Source of the DNA: an uncultured Chloroflexia bacterium | Lineage (GTDB): Bacteria; Chloroflexota; Limnocylindria; Limnocylindrales; CSP1-4 | NCBI GenBank assembly: GCA_963824735.1 | Contig: CAWGQH010000009.1 | Coordinates: 12,142-76,141, forward strand | Length of the DNA stretch: 64,000 nucleotides | Direction: 5' to 3' | In this document: in pieces, positions 33,486-43,196 of the stretch | Position numbering within the stretch: position 1 is the first letter of the stretch | Layout: every line of letters starts with the position of its first letter | Position numbers and translations under genes: made by a program | Notes under the pieces: generated by a model | Told to the model about the DNA's origin: nothing | Database searches by the model: none | Seen by the model: only the letters and a program-made list of their open reading frames with translations

Positions 33486-34103
33486 TCAGTCCAGGGCCAC
33501 CACGCCGAGGACCGGCTCGCCCGTCGACTGCTTGCCCGCTCCGCCGATCGGGACCCACACGTCATCCTTGTTGGGGTGGTTCGGATCGTAGACGCGGACA
33601 CGGATCGAGCCGTCGTCGCCGATCTCGTATCCGTAGGCCAGGACCTGGTGGTTGCCGGTCAGCTTGAACGGGTTGGTACCCGCCACCCGGATCAGGCCGA
33701 TCGCCGTCAGCTTGTTGTCGTCCAGGGCCTGCTTGATCTGAGGCCACTCCCGGTCGCGCGTGCGGGCCGCTCGATCCGCGGCGTTCATCGACGCCAGTCG
33801 CCAGAAGCGCATCGGCACGACCCCGAGGCGCAGGGAACGGACCTGCTCGCGGACGAGCTGCTGGAACAGGTCGGAGCCGTTGCCGGGGACGGTCGTCATT
33901 GCCGGCACGGGGCCGCCGGTGGCGAACCGCCGCCGGACGAAGAAGCTCATCCCGCCGCACAACCCGCTCGAGGCATCTCCGATGCCGACGATGCGCGGAT
34001 CCAGCGGGCCGAGGCGAATCGTCGGTCCGGACGGGAAGTTGTTCGGGAAGTGGAGGGCATCATCGCTGGGCCGGAAACCGGGAACGAAGTGGGACTCTGC
34101 CAT
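33486..34103 (-). CDS. Hypothetical protein with papain-like Cys-His-Asp pattern
   Basis: GLCGGMS..NHQVLAYG..VYDPN. Leaderless TATCCT-N6-ATG start. Confidence 0.7.
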   Translation of the reverse strand: MAESHFVPGFRPSDDALHFPNNFPSGPTIRLGPLDPRIVGIGDASSGLCGGMSFFVRRRFATGGPVPAMTTVPGNGSDLFQQLVREQVRSLRLGVVPMRFWRLASMNAADRAARTRDREWPQIKQALDDNKLTAIGLIRVAGTNPFKLTGNHQVLAYGYEIGDDGSIRVRVYDPNHPNKDDVWVPIGGAGKQSTGEPVLGVVALD

Positions 34104-34162
34104 GAGGGCAGGATAGCGACGGATCGTGAGGCGCCGTCTCGCAGCAATGCGAAACCGGACGG

Positions 34163-35188
34163 TCAGGCCTGCTCGGCAGCCTCCAGGTCGAGAAGCATCT
34201 GGGCAAACTCGATGGCGTTCGTCGCGCCGTAGTTGGCGTAGCAGTTGTTGAACAGGACGTGCATGTCCTTCGACTGCGCGGCCGCCTCGCGCACCTTCGG
34301 CGCCCAGTCCCCCAACTCGTCGTCGTCGTACAGGTAGCGGAACCGCTCCACGGTCTTGAGGTTCTGCTTCTCCCAGGTCTCGGTGCGCCGGCCGTGGAAG
34401 CGGATGAGCGCCAGGTCGGGCGAGGTCGTCGCGACGATCGGTGGCACGCTCGACTTGAAGCCCTGCGGGCCGTCGACCATGACGATCGGGATCGCTCGGT
34501 CGCCGAGGAAGCGCATCGTGCGGTCGAGGTTCTTCTCGTTGAACCAGGTCGCGTTGCGGAACTCGACCGAGCCGGTCAGCCCGACCGCCCGAAGGCGTTC
34601 GACGGCACCCTCGATCTCGTCCCGGTTCTCCGACGAGGTGAAGAACCAGCGCGGGTACTGGAGCAGGATCGAGCCGAGCTGGCCGGCCTCCCTGAGCGGT
34701 TCGAGCCCGTCGGCGAACCACGCCCACACGTCGTCGCGCAGCTCGTCCGGGAGGTCCTTGGCGTAGATGCGCGGCTTCTCGGCGACCTCGGCGGGGAGCG
34801 CGGCGCGGAGGTCCTTCGGCAGCCGCTTCGTCTCGGTCGGCTGGCCGGTCATCAGCGCGTGGGCCTTGATGTCGAACACGAAGTCCGGCGGCGTGCGTTC
34901 GACCCACAGCTCGGCGGTGCGCCGCACGGGCAGGGCGTAGTAGGTCGAGTCGACTTCGACCACTGGGAACCTGCTCGCGTAGTAGTTCAGGCGCTCCTCG
35001 GCATTGTCGGCGCCCTCCGGGTAGAAGACGCCGGCCGCGGTCATCGTCGGGTCGGTCCAGGACGCGGTGCCGATGCGGATCGTGGCGCTGTCGCCGATCC
35101 GGAGGGGCGACGCGGCGATGTCGGGTGACACGCCGTCGAGCCGCTCGCTTGCGGCGTCCGGTCCGGGATCGTGGATGGTGTCGCTCAT
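34163..35188 (-). CDS. DUF72 (YecE-like) protein
   Basis: RIGTASW, VEVDSTYYALP, RFHGR and FNNCY motifs. Leaderless TACGAT-N6-ATG start. Confidence 0.9.
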   Translation of the reverse strand: MSDTIHDPGPDAASERLDGVSPDIAASPLRIGDSATIRIGTASWTDPTMTAAGVFYPEGADNAEERLNYYASRFPVVEVDSTYYALPVRRTAELWVERTPPDFVFDIKAHALMTGQPTETKRLPKDLRAALPAEVAEKPRIYAKDLPDELRDDVWAWFADGLEPLREAGQLGSILLQYPRWFFTSSENRDEIEGAVERLRAVGLTGSVEFRNATWFNEKNLDRTMRFLGDRAIPIVMVDGPQGFKSSVPPIVATTSPDLALIRFHGRRTETWEKQNLKTVERFRYLYDDDELGDWAPKVREAAAQSKDMHVLFNNCYANYGATNAIEFAQMLLDLEAAEQA

Positions 35189-35229
35189 GCCCGAATCGTA
35201 CCGCCGATACCTGCCAGTTCCCGTCCGGT

Positions 35230-36327
35230 TCAGGCCGCGGTCGGCGTGCGCTCGCGCTCCGCGATGACGCGGCGGTAGATGGCCTCGTAGTCCTCGGCCA
35301 TGCGGGTCGGCGAGAAGCGCTCGAGCGCCCGCTCGCGGATCAGCCGGCGGTCCAACTCGGCAACCCGCTGCACGGCCAGCTCCGCTTCGATCACGTCGTC
35401 CACCAGGAAGCCGTCCACGCCGTGCTCGATCGTCTCGGTCAGCCCGCCGGCTCGGCGTGCGATCACGGGGGTGCCGGTCGCCAGCGACTCGATCGCGACG
35501 AGGCCGAACGGCTCGGGCCACGCGCCCAGCATGATCGTGGCCAGGGCGCCCGCGTAGAGCGGGTCGCGGGCCTTCGGATCGACCTCGCCGAGGAACTCGA
35601 GATCGACGTCCGGATCCTCCAGCGCGGGCTCGACGACATCCGCGAAGTGCGCCTGCTCGTGCTCGTCGTAGACCTTCGCAGCCATGCGCAGCTTGCGGCC
35701 GGTGCGGCGGGCGAGTTCGATGGCTTCTTCGATGCCCTTCTCCGGGGTGATCCGCCCGACGACCGCGAGGTAGTCGCCGGGCTCCGCGCTGAACGGGGCC
35801 GATTCCAACGGCAGCCCGTGGTGGATCGTCGCGACCCAGTTCGACTCGGGACTGAACCGGCGCTGGCTGTCGCTGATCGACACGAGCGGGATGTCGCGGA
35901 ACTCGTCCAGGAGTTCCGGCGCGCCTGCCTGGTCGAGCCGCCCGTGGAGCGTGCTCACGACCGGGGTTGGACAATGCCGCGCGAACAGGAACCCCATCGT
36001 CTCGATGTGGGAATGGATGATGTCGTAGCGCTCGTGATCGGCCCATGCCTTGGCCAGGCTGATCGACACGTGCGCCGAGATGTCGCCGCGGTACTCGGTC
36101 GACCAGAGGCTGCGCTCGATCGTGGGCACGAGCGTGCCACCGCTGATCTCGGAATCGCCGGGCGCGTAGAGGGTGACTTCGTGGCCACGCTCGATCAGCA
36201 CGTCGCCAAGCGCGGCGACCACCCGTTCCGTGCCCGCGTAGGTGGGCGGTGGAACGGGCAGCATCGGCGTCGAGACCAGGGCAATCCGAAGCGGACGGTC
36301 AGGGGTGTGGTTTTCCATCCCGCTCAT
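35230..36327 (-). CDS. Glycosyltransferase family 4
   Basis: PPPTYAGTERVV, GRITPEKG and WPEPFGLVAIESLATGTPV motifs. Confidence 0.92.
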   Translation of the reverse strand: MSGMENHTPDRPLRIALVSTPMLPVPPPTYAGTERVVAALGDVLIERGHEVTLYAPGDSEISGGTLVPTIERSLWSTEYRGDISAHVSISLAKAWADHERYDIIHSHIETMGFLFARHCPTPVVSTLHGRLDQAGAPELLDEFRDIPLVSISDSQRRFSPESNWVATIHHGLPLESAPFSAEPGDYLAVVGRITPEKGIEEAIELARRTGRKLRMAAKVYDEHEQAHFADVVEPALEDPDVDLEFLGEVDPKARDPLYAGALATIMLGAWPEPFGLVAIESLATGTPVIARRAGGLTETIEHGVDGFLVDDVIEAELAVQRVAELDRRLIRERALERFSPTRMAEDYEAIYRRVIAERERTPTAA

Positions 36328-36392
36328 CGAACCAGAACGGCACACGGCCCGGTGCATCGGCAAGCCCCGTGCTCGTTGCGAACTGCTCGCGT

Positions 36393-38258
36393 TCAGTGCG
36401 CAGGCAGCGCCGATCGCTCGAGCTCGATCAGGGAGATTCCGGGCATCGGCAGCGGGAAATCGAGGCTCGCCTGACCGTCCGGGCCGACCTCGAGCGAGGC
36501 CGGCGGCTCGAAGTCCTCGAGGTAGTCCCGCTCCTTCAGCCGCTCCCAACCGAAGTCGTCGGGCCAGTCGTCGTCACCGAACTCCTGCCACAACCCGTAG
36601 ATGTTCGAATGGTCCGCGTCGAGACGCCGGTGACGAAGCAGGTACGTCCCGGGTTCGAGGCCGCCGATCGACAGCGCGACGTCGCGGCCGAGGTCGGGGT
36701 CGCCGTCCGTCTTGCCCTGGTCGAGCGTTCCGTTCCAGACGGCGATCGCGATGCGGTCGTTGTCGCGCGACGCCCATACCTCGACGAGGCTGCCCGCGCC
36801 GTCGCCCTCGAGCTCGCAGGAGACCTCGCGGGTGCCGAGCTGCTCGAGGACCCAGATGGCCCAGAAGCGCGGCTTGCGCAGGTTTCCGACCGTGAGCAGG
36901 CCGAACCCGCCATGGAACAGGCGCTGTGGCGCACCGAGCTCGACGAACTGGTCGGACGCGACCCAGTACGAGAGCGAATGCAGCCGGCCGGCAGCCGAGC
37001 GCATCCCGCGGGCGACGAGTGGCGCGCCCCATACGCTGTCGTTGACGGGTGCGCCATGACTCGGGCTGACGCCCCATTCGGTCCACCAGATCGGCAGGTC
37101 GGGCCGGCCGGCCCGAGCCAGCACCGGGCGCAGATCCAGCGGGGGAGCCCCGTAGGTGTGGGTCGACACGAAGTCGAGCGGGACCACCCGTTGCCGCGCG
37201 TGCTCCAGCAGGTCGTCGACCCAGCCCACGGCCGAGGTGGATGGTCCTCCGACCTCGAAGGCTGGATCGACCGCCTTGACCGCCTCTGCGGAGGCGTCGT
37301 ACAGGTCGAAATAGTCGGTCTCCGTGCCGGTCCAGAACACCTGCAGGTTCGGCTCGTTCCAGACCTCGAACAGCCAGCGGGCGACCTCGTCACGGCCGTG
37401 GCGATCGACGAGATGCCGGACCAGCGCCTCGACCAGGTCGCGCCACCGGCCGAGATCGCGCGGCGGCGAGATGATCCCGCGGTAGTCGAAGACCGTGCGG
37501 TTCGGGTCGGACGCCAGGTCGGCCGGCGTGAACGACAACTCGATGATCGGGCGCAGCCCGGTCTCGAGCAGCCGATCCAATGCGGCGTCGATCCGGCTGA
37601 AGTCGTGCACCGGCCGGCCGTCCTCCTCGCGGTAGACGCCCAACCGGTCATGAAGGATGCCGTGAGCACGAACCATCTCCGCGCCGAGCTCGGCCCGGAC
37701 GATCCGGAACGCCTCGAGGAGGTCGTCGCCGATCGACAGGTTGCCCGGCCCCGGTCCATCGAGCAGCAGCGCCAGGTGCTCCGAGCCGATGCACGGTCGC
37801 CACGGCCGGGCGACCGGGCCGACGTCGGCGGCCGCGTCCACCCGGATCGCGACTCGTCCGAGCTGCTTCGTCGCCAGTGGCACCGGCGCCGCCGGGGTCG
37901 ACGTCTCGCCGACCGGCGCGTCGATCGTGGCAAGGCTCGCCACCGCGTAGGCGGTCGCAGCATCGAGGTCGCCGGTCGTGTCCACGTACGGCCCGTGCGG
38001 GACCGCAAGGACGTCCCCGCCCCCGTGATCGATCGGGACCATCTCTGTCCCGCGGTCCGCGCGGCACACGAGGTAGCCGGCGGCACCTTCGACCGGCGTC
38101 CAGTGGATCGTGACCTGGCCGCGACCTCGCTCGGCACGCACCTCGTCGGGCGGCGGCAGCACGACGTCCGGCGCCGGTCGGTCGCGCTCGGTCTGCGCGC
38201 CGAGGGTCTCGAACCAGGCGATCCGCGGGTTTGCCGCGCGCCGCCGCGTTTCCGTCAC
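36393..38258 (-). CDS. GH39 glycoside hydrolase with N-terminal FN3-like domain
   Basis: VRAHGIL, acid/base FEVWNEPN and nucleophile WWTEW motifs. GTGA overlap with the upstream gene; no signal peptide. Confidence 0.85.
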   Translation of the reverse strand: MTETRRRAANPRIAWFETLGAQTERDRPAPDVVLPPPDEVRAERGRGQVTIHWTPVEGAAGYLVCRADRGTEMVPIDHGGGDVLAVPHGPYVDTTGDLDAATAYAVASLATIDAPVGETSTPAAPVPLATKQLGRVAIRVDAAADVGPVARPWRPCIGSEHLALLLDGPGPGNLSIGDDLLEAFRIVRAELGAEMVRAHGILHDRLGVYREEDGRPVHDFSRIDAALDRLLETGLRPIIELSFTPADLASDPNRTVFDYRGIISPPRDLGRWRDLVEALVRHLVDRHGRDEVARWLFEVWNEPNLQVFWTGTETDYFDLYDASAEAVKAVDPAFEVGGPSTSAVGWVDDLLEHARQRVVPLDFVSTHTYGAPPLDLRPVLARAGRPDLPIWWTEWGVSPSHGAPVNDSVWGAPLVARGMRSAAGRLHSLSYWVASDQFVELGAPQRLFHGGFGLLTVGNLRKPRFWAIWVLEQLGTREVSCELEGDGAGSLVEVWASRDNDRIAIAVWNGTLDQGKTDGDPDLGRDVALSIGGLEPGTYLLRHRRLDADHSNIYGLWQEFGDDDWPDDFGWERLKERDYLEDFEPPASLEVGPDGQASLDFPLPMPGISLIELERSALPAH

Positions 38259-39768
38259 GGCGCGGGGTCGTAATCCACTGCGCTCCGCGGGCCGGAATTG
38301 AACCGTTCGATGCCGATCACGGGCTTGAGCGCCTTGCGGAACTCCTTCGTGGCAAATGCATCTCGCAGCAGGTCGCCCGCGAGCGCATTCCCGATGGCGG
38401 CCATCACGATGCCCTGGTCGAGCGACAGGTAGAAGCCTGCGATACCGTCGCCGGTGTCGACGTTGACGGAGTCGCGGAACCCCCACTGGTCGTAGATGTC
38501 GAAGTCGGCCTCGAGGTTGGCGAGGTTCTCCATCACCGCGTCGGGCGCCCAGCGCAGGGCGAGGAACGCGGCGTGCGGGGTCACCACGCCGTTCGTATAC
38601 GCGGATGGCGGCGGGTCGGGCTTCGGCTCGCGTCCCGGGCAGCCCTCGAACCCGCGATCGACGTAGGTCGCATCGTTGTTCGACTTGTAGCCCTCGGGGT
38701 TCATGCCGATCGCGTCGACGCCGTACTCGGTGTAGCCGCCCTCGGGGACGTTGGCGGGGGAGAAGCCCCAGTAGCCGTATTCGGCCTCGACGAGGCCGTG
38801 GTGGATCTGCGCCGTGATCGTCAGCGGATGGTTGATCGCCCAGCTGCGCGGCGCCCACTTCTCCTCGGGGACGAAGAGCGCCGGCATCAGCGCCTCGAAC
38901 ATGCTGCCGCCCCAGCCGGGCACGACCAGGAAGTCCTCGTACGGGTAGGCGCCCTCGAACACGTTGACGCCGAGGTACGTGGTGTTGAAGCCGACGGGCT
39001 TCGTCTCGGGCCAGCTCCAGTCACAGGTTTCCGGGAAGGTCCGCCACGCACCGAAGTACTCCTTCGGCGGCAGCTCACCCTTGGCGATCCCGATGTAGCT
39101 CGCGATCCGGCTCTCGCTGACGATCGTGTCGTAGCAGCACGGCGATGCGCCCGTGCTCGGCGCGACGTGGAAGGCGATCCGGTTGACCTCGGGCCGGTAG
39201 TAGAAGCCGAAGTCCATGCTGTCGAACAGCGCGGCGGCCCGCTCGGACACCTCCGGGACCGAGTTCGTCACGACCTGCAGGCCCGTCGCCAGCCAGCCGT
39301 TGTCGACCGACGACAGGATCGGCGTCAGCGGGTCGCCTGTCGGTGGCCAGGCCGTCAGCTTCTCGCCCGTCGTGTGGTCGTACCAGTTGTAGTACTGGCC
39401 GCTCGGCTCGTGGCGCTCCATCGTCTCGAGCGTCGAGATCGTCGTCGCGAGCCGCTCGACCGCCTCGTCGTGGCTCGATGATGCCGAGCGCCTCGGCGAC
39501 GACCGTGCTCCACATGTACGCGCCGATGTTCGTCGTCGAGGTCTGCACGCTCGGCGTGCCGTCGGCGGCGAGGCTGTCGGCGGGCAGGCCGGTTTCGGGA
39601 TCGGTCATGGCGACGAATCCCGCCCACGTGTCGGTGGCGTAGCGCAGGAGCGTCTCGCGCTGCGGCGCTCGACAGGCCTGCCGAGTCGTCGGCGGCAGTG
39701 CACGGCGACGGGCGCGCGCGAGGCTGCAGGGCAAGGGCGATGAGCAGTGCGGCGGGTCGGCGGGGCAT
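38255..39768 (-). CDS. Secreted glucoamylase-like/DUF3131 (alpha/alpha)6 enzyme, beta-1,2-glucanase/GH189-like (several frameshifts)
   Basis: TSTTNIGAY, YYNWY, SSVDNGWL, ESRIASY, WGGSMFEALMP, YLSLDQG motifs. GGAGG and ATG at 39768. Pieces lie in three frames. Confidence 0.72.
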
Positions 39769-39818
39769 CAGCCGTCCTCCAGGGTTCGCGGGGTTGGGGA
39801 TCGCGGTGGTCGCTTGGG

Positions 39819-40721
39819 TCAGCCCTTCAGGCCGGTGGTGGCGATGCCCTCGGTGATCCAGCGCTGCATCAGGACGAAGACGATCAGCACCGGCACGACG
39901 AGGATCACCGAGCCGGCCATGAGCATCCCGTGATCGGCCTGGTTCTGGCCGATGGCGAACGTCGCGAGCGCGACCGGGAGCGTGTACATCTCCGGCGACG
40001 TCGCCATCACCAGCGGGTAGATGAAGCCGTTCCACGAGCCGAGGAACGTCAGGATCCCGAGCGTTGCGAGCACCGGGGCCGCGAGCGGCATCGCGATCCT
40101 GAAGAAGATGCGGAACTCACCGGCGCCGTCGATCCGCGCCGCTTCGAGGAGCTCGTCCGGGAGCCCCTGGAAGAACTGGCGTGTCAGGAAGACCCCGAAT
40201 GCCCCGGCCAGGAACGGCAGGAAAAGCCCGGGGTACGTGTTGACGAGCTCGAGCTTGCTCATGAGCACGAAGAGCGGCACGAGGGTGGCTGCCGCGGGAA
40301 GCATGAGCGTGGACAGCACGAGCCCCATGAGCAGGCCCTTGCCGCGGAAGCGCAGCTTCGCGAGGGCGTAGCCGAGCATCGGCGCGAACACCAGGTTCGC
40401 GGCCGTGACAACGCCTGCAACGAGGATCGAGTTGAAGAAGTAGCGCGGGAAGCTCAGCCGGTCGAGGAGGCGCTGGTAGTTATCGAGCGTTGGGTTCTCG
40501 GGGAGCCACGTCGGCGGGGTGCGGAGGAACTCGCTCTGCTCCTTGAACGAGCCGAGGAGCATCCACAGGAACGGGCCGATCATCGCGAGCAGCCCAAAGA
40601 AGAGCAGCACGTAGACCACGATGCTCTTCGGCGTCAGCCCGCCGCGCGGCTCTCCTCGGACGGCGCTTGCGAGAACGGTCGGATCCGGGTCGGGATGGCG
40701 CCCGGGTGCTTGAGCAGTCAT
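39819..40721 (-). CDS. Carbohydrate ABC transporter permease (MalG-like)
   Basis: LPDELLEAARIDGAG EAA motif and TM helices. Confidence 0.93.
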   Translation of the reverse strand: MTAQAPGRHPDPDPTVLASAVRGEPRGGLTPKSIVVYVLLFFGLLAMIGPFLWMLLGSFKEQSEFLRTPPTWLPENPTLDNYQRLLDRLSFPRYFFNSILVAGVVTAANLVFAPMLGYALAKLRFRGKGLLMGLVLSTLMLPAAATLVPLFVLMSKLELVNTYPGLFLPFLAGAFGVFLTRQFFQGLPDELLEAARIDGAGEFRIFFRIAMPLAAPVLATLGILTFLGSWNGFIYPLVMATSPEMYTLPVALATFAIGQNQADHGMLMAGSVILVVPVLIVFVLMQRWITEGIATTGLKG

Positions 40722-40725
40722 CTCG

Positions 40726-41712
40726 CTACGCCTCCGACCGCAGCAGGCGGATCTGGACCACGGCCACGATCGCGACGAGGATGAACAGGATCCACGCGAT
40801 GGCGGCGGCATAGCCCTGGTTGAAGAACTCGAAGCCCTGCTGGTACATGTACATCGAGATCGACAGGGTCTGGTCGAGCGGGCCGCCTTCGGTCATGACG
40901 AACGGCTCCTCGAACAGCTGGAGGTAGCCGATCGTCGTGATCACGACCAGGAAGAGGATCGTCGGGCGCAGCAGCGGCAGCGTCACGTTGCGGAACGCCT
41001 GCCAGCGCCCGGCGCCGTCGATCGCGGCCGCCTCGTAGAGCTGGGCCGGGATCGTCTGGAGGCCGGCGAGGAACACGATCATCGCCAGACCAAGGTTGCG
41101 CCACACGGCCATCGCGATGATGGACGGCATGGCCAGCATCGGATCGGCCAGCCAGCTCGGGCCGTCGATGCCGACTTGCGCGAGCAGCAGGTTGATCAGG
41201 CCCTGGTCGGGATTGAGCACGAACCGCCACACCACGGCGATGGCCACGATGCTGGTCACGACCGGCAGGTAGTACCCGACGCGGAAGAGTGTCCGGAATT
41301 TCTTGATCCCGCGGTCCAGCGCGAGGGCGACGGCCAAGCCGATGACCAGCGTCAGCGGCACGCCCACGATCACGAAATAGACGGTGTTGATCATCGCCTT
41401 GTGGAACTTCGGATCCTCGAGCAGCGCCTGGTAGTTGGCCAGCCCGACAAAGTCGGTGCCGAGCGGGTTGCGCAGGTCGCGCAGGCCGAAGTCGGTGAAC
41501 GACAGCACCAGCGACGCCACGATCGGCCCGGCCAGGAAGATCGTGAAGACGAGCACGAACGGGAGCGCGAAGCCCCAGCCGATGAGCTGCTCGCGGAGCC
41601 GTCGGCGCGAAAGGGGCGAGCCGAGCCCCGCGCCGGCAGGCCGGCTGCCGAGGCGACCGATGCCGGTCGCCCCCGGAACGGCCGAGCCTGCCGCGTCGCT
41701 GCGCTGGGCCAT
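40726..41712 (-). CDS. Carbohydrate ABC transporter permease (MalF-like)
   Basis: LAGLQTIPAQLYEAAAIDGA EAA motif. Confidence 0.93.
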   Translation of the reverse strand: MAQRSDAAGSAVPGATGIGRLGSRPAGAGLGSPLSRRRLREQLIGWGFALPFVLVFTIFLAGPIVASLVLSFTDFGLRDLRNPLGTDFVGLANYQALLEDPKFHKAMINTVYFVIVGVPLTLVIGLAVALALDRGIKKFRTLFRVGYYLPVVTSIVAIAVVWRFVLNPDQGLINLLLAQVGIDGPSWLADPMLAMPSIIAMAVWRNLGLAMIVFLAGLQTIPAQLYEAAAIDGAGRWQAFRNVTLPLLRPTILFLVVITTIGYLQLFEEPFVMTEGGPLDQTLSISMYMYQQGFEFFNQGYAAAIAWILFILVAIVAVVQIRLLRSEA

Positions 41713-41715
41713 GGG

Positions 41716-43044
41716 TCAGTTCCCGGTGCCGATCGAGGTCGCCGCCTCCTGCATCGCGCTGCGCAGCTTCCTCCGGCGTCGCGTCGCCGACGGTCATCCG
41801 CTCGAGCTGGTCGTTCATCGCGGTCGCGATCTCGCTCCAGGTCGAGATGGCCGGCGGGGTCTTGCCGTCCTTGAGCTGCTCGCCGAAGACAGCCACGTTC
41901 GGGTCGTCGGCAAGCTTCGGATCGTTCCACGCTTCCTGGACGGCCGGGAGGACCGGTGGCCTCCTCGTACCAGCGCACCTGGATGTCGGGCCGCGTCAGG
42001 AAGTTCACGAACGCCCACGCGGCGTCCTTGTTGTCGCAGTCCGTGTACGACGACGAGGTTGGCGCCGCCGACGAACGACGTCGCCGAGTCCTTGGCCGGG
42101 ATCGTCGAGACGCCCCACTTGCCTTCGATGTCGGCGCCGCCTGCCTCGGTGATCAGGCCGACGTGCCACGGGCCGGAGAACATCATCGGGTGGCGTGCCG
42201 CTGACGAAGGCCGGCGTGATGTCGAAGCCCTCGGGGACTTCGCTCGGGGCGAGGCCCTCCTCGAAGAACGAGTCGTAGAACGTCAGCGCCTCGATCGCCT
42301 CGGGGCTGTCGAGGGTGAACTCGCCGGCCTCGTTCATGATGTCGCCGCCGTTCGACCACAGGAACGGCACGTACTCCTGGTAGTTCTTGGTGCCGAGGCC
42401 GATGCCCCACTCGGCGCCGCCCTGCTCCTTCATCGCCTGTGGCGGTCGCCGTGAGGTCGTCCCACGTCGCGGGCGGCTCGGTGATGCCGGCCTGCCTCGG
42501 CGATGTCGGTGCGCTCGTAGAGCACGCGCGTCTCGACGTACCACGGCACGCCGTAGGCGGTGCCGTCAACGACGTTCGAGTTCCAGGCGCCTTCGAAGAA
42601 CGCCGACGGGTCGATGCCCTCGCCAACCGGCTCGATGGCGCCGGTCGCCACGAACTGGCCCATCATGTCGGTGCCCATCTGGCTGACGCACGGGGTCTGC
42701 CCGCCGCCGATCGCGGTCTGCAGCCGGGTCACCGCCTGGTCCCACGCGATCGGCGTGACCTCGACGGTCACGTTCGGGTTCTCCTCCATGAACAGGTCGG
42801 CCATCGTGCTGAGGAGCTCGCCCTCATTGCCCATGGCCCAGACCTGGAGCTCGCCCGAGGCCTCGCCCGCTGGGCTGGCTCCTGCGCTGCCGGGTGCTCC
42901 CGTCTCCCCTCCGACCGCTCCAGGCTGGCTTGCGCCGGGGCTGCCCCCGCCCTGTCCGGCATCGTTCCCGCCGCACGCCGCCGCCATGACGGCGATCGCC
43001 GCGACGAGCAGGAACGTCATCGGGTGACGTCGCATCCGCTGCAT
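41716..43044 (-). CDS. Sugar ABC substrate-binding lipoprotein (multiple frameshifts)
   Basis: Lipobox AAAC, VWAMGNEGE, YGVPWYVETR, SFVGGANL and PPAISTWSEI spread over several frames. Stop at 41716. Confidence 0.8.
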
Positions 43045-43196
43045 ATCGACCTCCTCCGGGGTCCGCGTGCGGGACCCGGAATCGGAGCGTTACGCGGTGA
43101 GCTCGTGCCGCCGCCACCGTCAGCAGGGCACACGACTTGCACTGTCGTTGCAGTGCGCTGGACTCCCGGGCCCGGGCGGCGCGTCGCGCCGCGTCG

